DNA of 64,000 nucleotides from a virus, in the IMG/VR virus record IMGVR_UViG_3300047319_000185, positions 1 to 64,000 of that record. The stretch is one strand, 5' to 3'. The notes below the pieces were generated by a model. It worked only from the letters and a program-made list of their open reading frames with translations. It searched no databases and had not been told where the DNA came from. The position numbers and the translations under genes were made by a program. Positions 54,043 through 62,932 of the stretch are shown here, piece by piece (positions within the stretch are counted from its first letter, which is position 1; each line of letters starts with the position of its first letter).

Positions 54043-55761
54043 CTAATTGTCGTCTGTAGGTAGCTGGCGTGAACCTAGCTTAGTACCGTATGCGTTGTTA
54101 ACCATCTCTCTTAGAGCATTCATGGAACCTGCTCCATCCAAAGCCTGTAGATTAGGAGTCTGATCAATCTTATCCGGACCATTATCTGTTGGCTTAGGGT
54201 TTCCTTCTGCATCTGTAGCAGGAACTGCATTAGGATCTGCAACAGACCCGTCTTCAGTTGGTAGAAGACCAGTAGACCCGAGAGCGATAGCATCTATCTG
54301 TGTTCTCAGCATACGTAGTGCACCATCACGAATTGCATCTTCATGTAGCTCATCATAGATTTCCTGAAGCTTGTCATCTGGGAACTGTTCTCCCAATTCC
54401 TTCAGTGCTCCTCTACGACTTTCAAGATCCATGTTCATCATGGCTGCGATCTCATTCAGCTTTACAAGCTTGTCGATTGGAAGTGGTGAAGGCCAATCGA
54501 TATCACTGAAGTAGACCAGTGGATCATTAGGATCAATCATCAATGGCTGACCCTCTTGTATAATCCCCTCTGTATCAGGATTATAAAGTAATGCTTCAGG
54601 CTCAAAAATGAATAGAGTTCTAAGAGCTAACTCATTTATCTTTTGTAGTCCCTTACCATATTGTATCTTCTTTAGGTCAAACTTTTGCATTAGTGGCAAA
54701 AACTGCATTGCAAGAGCTACACCAGAAGTATTTGAAATAGCCTGTGACTGTCCAAGAGCAGACTCTGGAACACCTGTCATCTCATGCATACCAATCTTGA
54801 GGGTATGCAAAACTTCAAGTGGCCACTGTAGATCCACACCATTTTCAAGGTTATGGATATCTACGTCCTTGCTACCAATAGACCAAACACGGTTGGTACC
54901 CTTCTCAAGTTGACTTGGCTTTGCGCCAATAACAACTGTGATAGGAGCTGCATGATAGTTTACGATATCAGCAATGTCAGTAGCAGTTTCATTGTACTGA
55001 CGGTTGAGAGTAATAATGTCCTGTACATCGCTCATTCCCCAAGGGGAACCTGATGCAGGATGATTGGCGATATGCACGATAGGAATAACACCTAGTGCAT
55101 TTGGACGCTCATCAATAAGCTCATCATTTACATACTCACGAATGACATCAGAACGAATCAATTCAGTATAAGTATATACGCTTCTTGTACCTTCTGTGTT
55201 TGTTCCCCAGAAACGGTACTTAAGTTTGAACTCCAGAAGTCTGTCACGGTCGTGTGGATGCCAGGTTGGAAAGCAGTAGGCAGAGTTAAGGGGAAGGATA
55301 CGGACTCTTCCAGGATGGAAGTTACCAGCATCATCAGTCCACTCTGATTCGTAGGCTACCTTCAAAAAACAGTCTCCAGAGACACCGCCCTGTTGACCCA
55401 TCTCCCAGGTAACGGCCTTCATATTATTATCCTGCTGCCAAATTCTCTTCAGCAGAGCGGGAATAATGTGGTCATATTCCTTGATGGTATCAAAGGCGAT
55501 GCCTCTGGAGAAACAGAAGTTATTTATATAGTCAGCGAATGACTTGATGTAATTGAAAGTAAGTTGAGGATCACCGAATTCACGTCTGGTTCCCCAGTGG
55601 TGTCCTAGATACCAAGCCCAGTACTCTGCATATCTATTGAGTCTTGGCCCATGCATTTCAAATTCTTCATCGGAAAGCTCTACTAAACCTAGTGGTGATA
55701 TTGCTATCGCTAGGTCTGATGCTGCTGCTCTCATTGACGGAGAAGCGAAACTCATTGACAT
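54043..55761 (-). CDS. portal protein (SPP1 gp6-like)
   Basis: N.LG.IPIVH..N..G.SD, SG.AL..P; position. Confidence 0.92.
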   Translation of the reverse strand: MSMSFASPSMRAAASDLAIAISPLGLVELSDEEFEMHGPRLNRYAEYWAWYLGHHWGTRREFGDPQLTFNYIKSFADYINNFCFSRGIAFDTIKEYDHIIPALLKRIWQQDNNMKAVTWEMGQQGGVSGDCFLKVAYESEWTDDAGNFHPGRVRILPLNSAYCFPTWHPHDRDRLLEFKLKYRFWGTNTEGTRSVYTYTELIRSDVIREYVNDELIDERPNALGVIPIVHIANHPASGSPWGMSDVQDIITLNRQYNETATDIADIVNYHAAPITVVIGAKPSQLEKGTNRVWSIGSKDVDIHNLENGVDLQWPLEVLHTLKIGMHEMTGVPESALGQSQAISNTSGVALAMQFLPLMQKFDLKKIQYGKGLQKINELALRTLFIFEPEALLYNPDTEGIIQEGQPLMIDPNDPLVYFSDIDWPSPLPIDKLVKLNEIAAMMNMDLESRRGALKELGEQFPDDKLQEIYDELHEDAIRDGALRMLRTQIDAIALGSTGLLPTEDGSVADPNAVPATDAEGNPKPTDNGPDKIDQTPNLQALDGAGSMNALREMVNNAYGTKLGSRQLPTDDN

Positions 55762-55827
55762 GGGCTATTCTCAATTCTTCGAATTAGTATCTCTTGATCT
55801 ACAGATTACCACATATTACTTAAGAGA

Positions 55828-58068
55828 TTATGCGGTATCAAATCTACCTGCTATTAAAATTGCTCCTTGTGAAGTGTTATTTAGAGAAGTAGCTGCCTTA
55901 GTAGCAGCAATATATCCAAGAAGACAAGCCTGACTTCCAATTAGATCCGGATTGGGTGTAAAAATTTCCTGACCAAATGCAGCAGTAGCCAGCGCTAGGG
56001 AACCGTAATCCACCTGCCCGTACTGAATAACAATCTGAGACCCTGAGACTCCTGTAGGAACTTGCCATATTCTATGTATAGCAGCATGACCATTAGCGCT
56101 TAGTGCAGTAATAGTTCCGGCATTATCATAGTTAGCAACATCAATAGTTGTTCTAGTTGCTGATTGAGATGAAGAGTTCTGAGTCACGTATCTAAAAGTG
56201 GCTACAGTTTCAGCAGGATTGGTTACTAGATTGGGAACAACGGTTCCACCTGTAGCAAAGTTTCGTCCTACAGCTACCTGAGTACCGGCTGCCTTATTAA
56301 TATTTAGGTTAGCCCCATTGAAAGTAATCTGATTACCAGATACTGAGAAAGATCCTAAGTTAATAAATAAGCCAAATAGAGTGTCAGTAGAGTAGTCCAG
56401 AACTATTGGTGCACACATAATATTGTATAAGTTTCCAGTACCTGTAGCAGACCAAGTCACTCCTAGTTGCACATTAGATCTACGCTGGGAACCACTCAAA
56501 GCTGTAGTCTGAGAATGTATAACGCCACTGCTATCTGCATACCAATAGTTAACAACTTGTGGAGTCTGCAAACCACTAAGTGTAATGGTCTGAGCACTTA
56601 TATTAACAAGTGTCACAGCTGGATTAGCCGGATCTGTTGTGTAGTCAGCGATATAACCAACGGCGGCAGTAATATCAAACGCATTAAGAATACCGCCATT
56701 CTGCGTCATTACTCCACCACTTATAGTTCCACTACTAACAGTGACTGGGCGAATACCCCATGCCGCTGCTGATCCGGAAGAGGCTACTATACTCTTGCCA
56801 AAATTAGCTGTGCTAGAAACTGCTACACCAGTTATCTTGGATACGGTTGGATTAGGATATGTACCTGTTAAATCTCCCCCAGCACTTCCTGTTGGAGGAA
56901 GAACAGTAGGCAACTGACCAAATGCCATAGCGTCTGTAGCTAGTGTTGCATTAGCCAGAGATGTAATCTTATGGCTGTTCATAGATACGTTTGCTGCTGG
57001 TGCACTTACCAGATCAAGAGTAGGCATAGCATGGACGTGACCAGCATCAGCTACTTGTCCAACTGCTCCTGCTGCTTGGGTTCCTAAAGGCGCTATATTG
57101 CCCGCTGTGACGTTTACATTGTCTTGGGCAGCAGAACCTAGCCCTAGGGCTGTACGGGCCGCAGATGACGTTGTAGAGGCTGTTCCACCCTGGTTAAGAG
57201 GAAGGGGTGAAGCAAGGTGAGTGCCTACTACAGTAGGAAGCACATTAGTACCTGCTAAGTCTCCAGCAAGTTCAATAGTTCCTGTAGTAGAAGTAGTAGC
57301 CCCAGGAAGATTACTTGGATCAACAGGTATTTCCAAACTTATAGTATTACCTACTTGGCGTAGGCCTAGACCTATATTTACCAGACCAGGAGAAGAAAAC
57401 TGAGTCCAGCTAATAGCAGTGGTTCCTACTGTATACGGTGGAGTTCCTACTACTACCCAGCCTGATCCTTTATTAGCTGTTCCATTGTTGATAAACGCTG
57501 CTGCTGCATTAACTTCAGCAGACTGATCCATATCAGTTGCACGAGTAAGAATATAAGGAATACCAACGGTTCCCAAAGTTGTCAGGGTGTAGATACCATT
57601 ATTGGCTGAGGCCACTTCATTCTTTACCATAACTCGATCGTTAAGAAGAACGGTATAGCCATCAATAACAAGAACGCCAACAGCAGTAGCTGTAAGAGTA
57701 GCTCCTACACCTAGTGTTCCGTTGACATACACATTAGTAGGCAGAGCTGAAAGCGTGCCTACTGCCACAGAATTCTTTACGGAGATACCTGCGGAGATAC
57801 CATCAGCATATCCCTTGGAGGCAGCATCTACTCCACTGATAGGAGAAGGTACGATGATTCGATCAGTAAAAGTCTTGGCTCCCGCAATATTCTGGTTAGT
57901 AGTAAGGTCCACATAGTTCTGGGTAATACTTCCAGTGCCTCCCTGGACAACAGGAAGAGGTGCACTTAGACTTGTGCTTTGTACTAATGGGTTGGGATAA
58001 GCTCCCATAAGGTCCCCACTGGCAGAGCCTGTAGGAGCACCTCCCCCGAAGCTTCCTCTAGATGCCAT
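55828..58068 (-). CDS. long fibre protein (head or collar fibre candidate)
   Basis: Repeated GDL.GTYPNP.V and LP..QGGT motifs; DRV.VKN..NGIY..RA.D domain. Confidence 0.75.
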   Translation of the reverse strand: MASRGSFGGGAPTGSASGDLMGAYPNPLVQSTSLSAPLPVVQGGTGSITQNYVDLTTNQNIAGAKTFTDRIIVPSPISGVDAASKGYADGISAGISVKNSVAVGTLSALPTNVYVNGTLGVGATLTATAVGVLVIDGYTVLLNDRVMVKNEVASANNGIYTLTTLGTVGIPYILTRATDMDQSAEVNAAAAFINNGTANKGSGWVVVGTPPYTVGTTAISWTQFSSPGLVNIGLGLRQVGNTISLEIPVDPSNLPGATTSTTGTIELAGDLAGTNVLPTVVGTHLASPLPLNQGGTASTTSSAARTALGLGSAAQDNVNVTAGNIAPLGTQAAGAVGQVADAGHVHAMPTLDLVSAPAANVSMNSHKITSLANATLATDAMAFGQLPTVLPPTGSAGGDLTGTYPNPTVSKITGVAVSSTANFGKSIVASSGSAAAWGIRPVTVSSGTISGGVMTQNGGILNAFDITAAVGYIADYTTDPANPAVTLVNISAQTITLSGLQTPQVVNYWYADSSGVIHSQTTALSGSQRRSNVQLGVTWSATGTGNLYNIMCAPIVLDYSTDTLFGLFINLGSFSVSGNQITFNGANLNINKAAGTQVAVGRNFATGGTVVPNLVTNPAETVATFRYVTQNSSSQSATRTTIDVANYDNAGTITALSANGHAAIHRIWQVPTGVSGSQIVIQYGQVDYGSLALATAAFGQEIFTPNPDLIGSQACLLGYIAATKAATSLNNTSQGAILIAGRFDTA

Positions 58069-58367
58069 TAGACACCAGCTTGTACAGTGAACGCAGCATT
58101 TGCAGCAGTAATGATCTTTACTACTGTATTGGATGTTGTAGCTATTGCTGGCTCTGGTGGAAGCTTAGGATTTACAGCATCAAGAAAACTCTGTGTAGGT
58201 ACGAAGAAACATTCGTCTCCAGCAATAGTAGGGTCTACTCCGTCAAAACGGACCCACATATCTCCAGAACTTCTGTTAATAACTTCTATGTTGTGATACC
58301 AGTTGGCAAATGTAACTGTTGTTACTGCTGCACCTACTGTAGTACCGCTTGTAATATGAATAGCCAT
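58068..58367 (-). CDS. small beta-sandwich virion protein (paralog 1)
   Basis: IEVINR...WVRFDG.DP. Confidence 0.65.
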   Translation of the reverse strand: MAIHITSGTTVGAAVTTVTFANWYHNIEVINRSSGDMWVRFDGVDPTIAGDECFFVPTQSFLDAVNPKLPPEPAIATTSNTVVKIITAANAAFTVQAGV

Positions 58368-58433
58368 TTGGCTCTCCCAGTATTTGAGGGATGGGTGAGG
58401 AGAGTCCGGGTAGTAGTATGGAGATATTACTTA

Positions 58434-58757
58434 TTATGATGCGTATACAGTGAAAGGAATCGCTGTATCTGAGATTAGAAGAACGGATGTTCCGTTGACA
58501 CTTCTGGTAATAGGTTCCTGGGACAGTATTCCATTAGGGAAGGTAACAGCCTGCCCAGGAAGAACAGGATAGTTGTCGTCAGAGTTACTTGGTGTCAGTG
58601 AAGCAAAGACAACTGGAGCTATACCGTCAGTTCTCAACCAGATAGTTCCAGTAGTTCCTCTGTGAATAACAGTGATATTGGCAAAGTACTGAGGAAAATT
58701 GACAGGATAAACCGTGTTAATTGTCAGAGTATCTGAATGTGCTCTACTTGCAGCCAT
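58434..58757 (-). CDS. small beta-sandwich virion protein (paralog 2)
   Basis: ITVIHR...WLRTDG.AP. Confidence 0.65.
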   Translation of the reverse strand: MAASRAHSDTLTINTVYPVNFPQYFANITVIHRGTTGTIWLRTDGIAPVVFASLTPSNSDDNYPVLPGQAVTFPNGILSQEPITRSVNGTSVLLISDTAIPFTVYAS

Positions 58758-58764
58758 TGGTTTC

Positions 58765-58989
58765 CTATCTCATATTTACCACAGAAGTGGTTTGGTCTAC
58801 TGGATACTTTACTTGCACATCACTTCTAGAAGGTAACTCTCCTCCGCTGTACCCAAGTCTGTTTAGTAACTGGTTCCGCTCTTGAATATCGGCAGAGTTC
58901 TGACCGGGAATAGGAGTGAGCATATAGTCACCACGATTCCCGGTCAGTTCTGAGTAAGCGTCGGTACGTCTGTCACGAAATACCGTCAT
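58765..58989 (-). CDS. hypothetical protein
   Basis: 74 aa; AAGGA RBS. Confidence 0.65.
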   Translation of the reverse strand: MTVFRDRRTDAYSELTGNRGDYMLTPIPGQNSADIQERNQLLNRLGYSGGELPSRSDVQVKYPVDQTTSVVNMR

Positions 58990-58997
58990 GTTAATCC

Positions 58998-59366
58998 TTA
59001 ACCTAGAACTGGGGAAGTTCCAGCACTTAGCGCTAGAGTAAGAACAACATTTGCAGTTGAAGAAGTAGCAATGACACTGATAGGTGTGCTGGCGGCGCTG
59101 AACACTGGAACAGCAGACGGATCAGTAGCAAGAGGAGTTGTAGTTGTCAACTCCGGACGGGCAACACGGTTACGGATGTATGTTGTTGCGCCGATTGGGC
59201 AGGATACAGAATCAACACCTGTGGTTACAGCAGTTCCAGATGTTGATACGAATACAGGCACAGTAGCTGCTGCTGGAACAGTTACAGCAATAAAGGGTGC
59301 CCAGGAAGTAAGCGTTGTAGTAGCTGCGGAAGTTCCAGCAGTTACAATTGTTGAGTAAACAGCCAT
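58998..59366 (-). CDS. small Thr/Ala-rich beta protein (paralog 3 candidate)
   Basis: IAVTV...VFVSTSG pattern parallels paralogs 1 and 2. Confidence 0.6.
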   Translation of the reverse strand: MAVYSTIVTAGTSAATTTLTSWAPFIAVTVPAAATVPVFVSTSGTAVTTGVDSVSCPIGATTYIRNRVARPELTTTTPLATDPSAVPVFSAASTPISVIATSSTANVVLTLALSAGTSPVLG

Positions 59367-59385
59367 TAGTTAATCCAATCGATAA

Positions 59386-59661
59386 TTACTTGGTGGCTGT
59401 CTTGTCCACTGCATCAGCAGCAGCATTAACAACCTTGTCAGCTACGTTCACGTCAGAACGTAGAGTGTCAGCAACTGCCTCTACCTTTACAGCAGCGGCA
59501 TGAATATCAGAAGCAACAGCAGTCTTTACAATCTCCTCAACAGGAGCCTGATGAACATGCTCAAGGACAGACTGTAGATGAGTAAGAAGAACGTGTAGAT
59601 CACCCTCCACCTTATTCTTCACATCGACTAGCTTTGCCTCTACGTCAGTAAATACACTCAT
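59386..59661 (-). CDS. amphipathic helical hypothetical protein
   Basis: MSVFTDVEAKL...; AAGGA RBS. Confidence 0.7.
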   Translation of the reverse strand: MSVFTDVEAKLVDVKNKVEGDLHVLLTHLQSVLEHVHQAPVEEIVKTAVASDIHAAAVKVEAVADTLRSDVNVADKVVNAAADAVDKTATK

Positions 59662-59672
59662 TTTATTTTCCT

Positions 59673-59879
59673 TTAGTTTCTTGCTACTGCCGCATTTGCG
59701 GAGTAGACAGCGCTTTCTAGGTGTGTGATGGCAAGAGACTTGTCTCTGCCTTCTGGTAACACGCTGTTCAACCATAGTGCATACTCTCTGGCCTTACCAC
59801 GAATCTCTTCGTACAAGGCAGCAGTCTCAGGTGTGGAAGCGTGAAAAGTGAATCGGTTAGTTAGATCGTTGATATCCAT
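59673..59879 (-). CDS. Acb2/Tad1-like helical-hairpin protein
   Basis: NRFTFH...Y..IR...P.GRDKSLAITHLESAV..ANAAVAR. Confidence 0.7.
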   Translation of the reverse strand: MDINDLTNRFTFHASTPETAALYEEIRGKAREYALWLNSVLPEGRDKSLAITHLESAVYSANAAVARN

Positions 59880-59901
59880 ATAGTATTCCTTATAAAGTTT
59901 C

Positions 59902-60339
59902 TTAATTTGAGACGATTGCTGAGTGCAATCTTTCGTATCTTCCGCCAGAACGGGTAACCTCTTCAAAGCGGCGAGTAGCATTGGTGTCAACGTTTACTCC
60001 ATGCATGAACTCTCCGGTCATACCAACAGAGTCAATCCAAGCAGCAGAACCTACGTGAGCACGTGCGCGCATTGTCTCAGCGGCAGGCTTCTCGAATACA
60101 TTCATATTGTGGTTAGGGCGACCAGGAGCGGTACGGTAACCCTGCATAGCACCTAGCTGGAAATCACTAGGAACATCGGTATCAGTAGCAATACCTTCCT
60201 CAAAACGCAGCGGTCCACGACGCTCAGGATTAGAAGCACCCTTTGCCTCATAGTTGACTGCCCCACGGTCTCTTTCTGGGAATCTAGGAGCAGGGGCTAG
60301 CTGAACAGCACGTCCTGCTTCCTGGTACATTTCTGCCAT
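59902..60339 (-). CDS. hypothetical protein (probable late/virion protein)
   Basis: RRGPLRFEEG.ATDTDVP; own upstream motif and RBS. Confidence 0.75.
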   Translation of the reverse strand: MAEMYQEAGRAVQLAPAPRFPERDRGAVNYEAKGASNPERRGPLRFEEGIATDTDVPSDFQLGAMQGYRTAPGRPNHNMNVFEKPAAETMRARAHVGSAAWIDSVGMTGEFMHGVNVDTNATRRFEEVTRSGGRYERLHSAIVSN

Positions 60340-60363
60340 ATTATTTCCTTAAGTTTATAGACG

Positions 60364-60376
60364 TCTATTACATATA
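60364..60376 (-). promoter_or_regulatory. candidate phage promoter motif TATATGTAATAGA
   Basis: Identical to 13200..13212. Confidence 0.5.
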
Positions 60377-60391
60377 ATACCCTATAATCGG

Positions 60392-61966
60392 CTAACTACG
60401 TCTTCTATCATAGAATACATTGTTGCTGATCTCTATCTCCTCAGAAACAGACTCTGGAATAACGCTCAGGGCAATAGCCAAAGAGTCACAGTAATCATCA
60501 TGAGCGTTGGCTTCCTTAGGTGCTTCAGCCAGCATATAGGGTCCTTCAAACTTCACCTGAAGGTCAGACATCTGCTGAACAAAGTTTCTATATGTACGAA
60601 GACTTCTGGTCTTAGCATGGGCTGGCCAACCGATCTTTCCACGATCTATCATCTCTCGCAGATACTTCCAGCGATCTGACTGTGCAGGACGCATAGAGGA
60701 TACATCGATAATATCTATATGAGGCAATAATACTCTTAATCTGGAAATGAATAGATCACCCATACCACCAGAGTCCACACCGATAGCCCACACATTGTAT
60801 TTGGATACGAATTCCACAATACGATGATACTGTGCTTCCCAGTCCTGTCCCTGTAAGTCAAGCCAGTTCAGTACTCTTGCATTGAAGTATCCGAATTCAT
60901 CACGTCTTTCCCAGTCCACGAAGACAGCAGTAACAATAGTGCTGTCAATCTTTCGTGCAGGATCAATTCCAATAATGACTGGAGTAGTGTAATAAGCCTT
61001 AACAGTCTCCATAGACTTGTCCCCCAGTTCCTCCAATCTCTCGGAGGTGGTGAACATTCCCTGGGAAAGAAGCCACATGAGACGATAGGACAACTTGAAC
61101 TCGTCTGAGTCGTAACCCATACGAAGCATGTCACCGGCTACGTGCTTCTCATACTTACTGTTCCACTTTCCTACTTCTCTGAAGTCTGCTTCAAAATGAT
61201 TCATTCTGGCAGCACGCTTCACACCGTTGCGCTTGTTCATAGAGATTTCTCTATAGAAGACACCCTTCTCATAAGTAGGTGTGCCTGTCATAACAAAGGT
61301 TCCACGAGTAGACGCCAGCATAGGACGAATAGACTTGTCCACAACCTTCTGATCAGCTACCTGCGCCTCATCAAGCAGAGCAATGTGATAAGTCTTTCCT
61401 TCAATAGAAGCTCTTGGGTGAGCAGTCTGGCGACGTACAAGAGAGCCGCACTTCTCTAACTTAATCTCAGCACCACGACCCTTTATCTGTTCTCCCAGAT
61501 CATTGAGAATACCTTGTGCTCTTTCAGAGGTAAGCATGGAGACTATTCGAGAGAACAAGGTCTTGGCCATGTCATCAACTGGTGCGAATGCTCCTACCCA
61601 GACTCCTTCCTTGAAGGAATCCAGCAGGGTGTTGAAAGGGTCTACCTTGGCCAGTCTGGGAAGCATGATCATAAGAGTAGCAATTGTTGCTGATACTGTT
61701 TCCGTCTTACCGCTCTGTCTACTGAATAGAGCAGTGATAGTAGCTCCATCATTGATAATTACTGATTCCATGAGGCGCGCAGCAAAAGGTCTTTGATAGC
61801 CATATAGCGGGTGCCCGGATAGTTGATCAGCAAACACCATAAGACGTTCTACTACTGCATCCACAAATGCTTGGGATTGAGGGTCCAGCTCTATCTTGGT
61901 AGCTTCTAGCGCTTCTCGTTCTTCTTTACTCAGTTCATCCAAGTACTCTTCTTGCAGAATAGTCAT
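60392..61966 (-). CDS. terminase large subunit
   Basis: YQ, SRQSGKT, LDEAQ, TGTP, GIDPAR, GVDSGG.G, HDDYCDSLA. Confidence 0.96.
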   Translation of the reverse strand: MTILQEEYLDELSKEEREALEATKIELDPQSQAFVDAVVERLMVFADQLSGHPLYGYQRPFAARLMESVIINDGATITALFSRQSGKTETVSATIATLMIMLPRLAKVDPFNTLLDSFKEGVWVGAFAPVDDMAKTLFSRIVSMLTSERAQGILNDLGEQIKGRGAEIKLEKCGSLVRRQTAHPRASIEGKTYHIALLDEAQVADQKVVDKSIRPMLASTRGTFVMTGTPTYEKGVFYREISMNKRNGVKRAARMNHFEADFREVGKWNSKYEKHVAGDMLRMGYDSDEFKLSYRLMWLLSQGMFTTSERLEELGDKSMETVKAYYTTPVIIGIDPARKIDSTIVTAVFVDWERRDEFGYFNARVLNWLDLQGQDWEAQYHRIVEFVSKYNVWAIGVDSGGMGDLFISRLRVLLPHIDIIDVSSMRPAQSDRWKYLREMIDRGKIGWPAHAKTRSLRTYRNFVQQMSDLQVKFEGPYMLAEAPKEANAHDDYCDSLAIALSVIPESVSEEIEISNNVFYDRRRS

Positions 61967-62009
61967 ATAGTTCTCCTGATTAGTTTCTCGTAATTACATT
62001 TTACCTGAG

Positions 62010-62039
62010 TTGACAAACCAAGAGGTACGGATGTAGAGT
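62010..62039 (+). promoter_or_regulatory. sigma70/HrdB-type promoter, plus strand
   Basis: TTGACA-N18-TAGAGT upstream of the 62070 gene. Confidence 0.7.
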
Positions 62040-62069
62040 TTGAGTACCACACCAACTAAGGAGATACTG

Positions 62070-62327
62070 ATGGAAGATCCGAACGTGTTTGACCAGATGA
62101 GTCATCACGGAAGCCACTTTGAAGAGTTTGTCCGTCCAGCCGTCGCGGCAGGTGTAGGATACTGGATTGGACACAAGCTCTCTCAGACACGTCTTGGCCA
62201 GAGGTTTGAGAACAGTACCTTTGTAGGATATGTTCTTTCTCTGGCACTGATCGGAATCGGTGGATATGTTCTGTACTGTGCTGGTGTGTTTGTATGGATG
62301 CTTCTTAAGATTCTTGTTGCGGGTTAA
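62070..62327 (+). CDS. membrane protein on opposite strand
   Basis: AAGGAG RBS, own promoter, hydrophobic segments. Confidence 0.7.
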   Translation: MEDPNVFDQMSHHGSHFEEFVRPAVAAGVGYWIGHKLSQTRLGQRFENSTFVGYVLSLALIGIGGYVLYCAGVFVWMLLKILVAG

Positions 62328-62580
62328 TTCTCTCTTCCAGTGCTTGCATAGCAGCAAGAAGAGATACTGCTCCAAGACGGATATCTTCAATGTAGATATG
62401 AGCCTGATCCTTGCTTGTTGAGGACAGGCTCTTTCTCATTTCCGAAACATCCCTGCCAATACCTGTATGGATATTGTCTATCCAGCGAATGAGTTCCTGG
62501 TCTCCAGTATTTCTCAGCCTGTTGAGTACTCTCCCACGTACCTTTGGGTCAGGCTGCTTTACCCTTCTGAATAATGTCAT
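62305..62580 (-). CDS. hypothetical helical protein
   Basis: 91 aa, ATGA-coupled. Confidence 0.7.
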   Translation of the reverse strand: MTLFRRVKQPDPKVRGRVLNRLRNTGDQELIRWIDNIHTGIGRDVSEMRKSLSSTSKDQAHIYIEDIRLGAVSLLAAMQALEERINPQQES

Positions 62581-62930
62581 AGGTCCAATACTTCCACGAG
62601 TAGTTGTTGTTGCTCTGCCGAGAACTGCTTCTTTATAAGGTTCCTGCGAATGTGTGTCTTCTCCGCCTCAGAGAACTCTTCATGGTCCATCTTACGGCCC
62701 TCCATGGCATCTATAAGAGCCTGTTCCTCTGTGCGCCCAGTATTCCTCCACCAGCCTACTGTAAGGCCCTTAGAAGACCCCGGGAGCCGAAGGATGACAG
62801 AGTTGGACCATCTGTAGGGTTCGTCTACTTCATGCGTCGGATATCTGTGTATCAGCGAAGACTTCTTCTTCAAAGAAATGCTATGAAAGAACAGTCTCCA
62901 TATTTCGTGTGTTTCTACATTAATTGACAC
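62577..62930 (-). CDS. hypothetical protein
   Basis: 117 aa; E.DEPYR motif. Confidence 0.7.
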   Translation of the reverse strand: MSINVETHEIWRLFFHSISLKKKSSLIHRYPTHEVDEPYRWSNSVILRLPGSSKGLTVGWWRNTGRTEEQALIDAMEGRKMDHEEFSEAEKTHIRRNLIKKQFSAEQQQLLVEVLDL

Positions 62931-62932
62931 TT

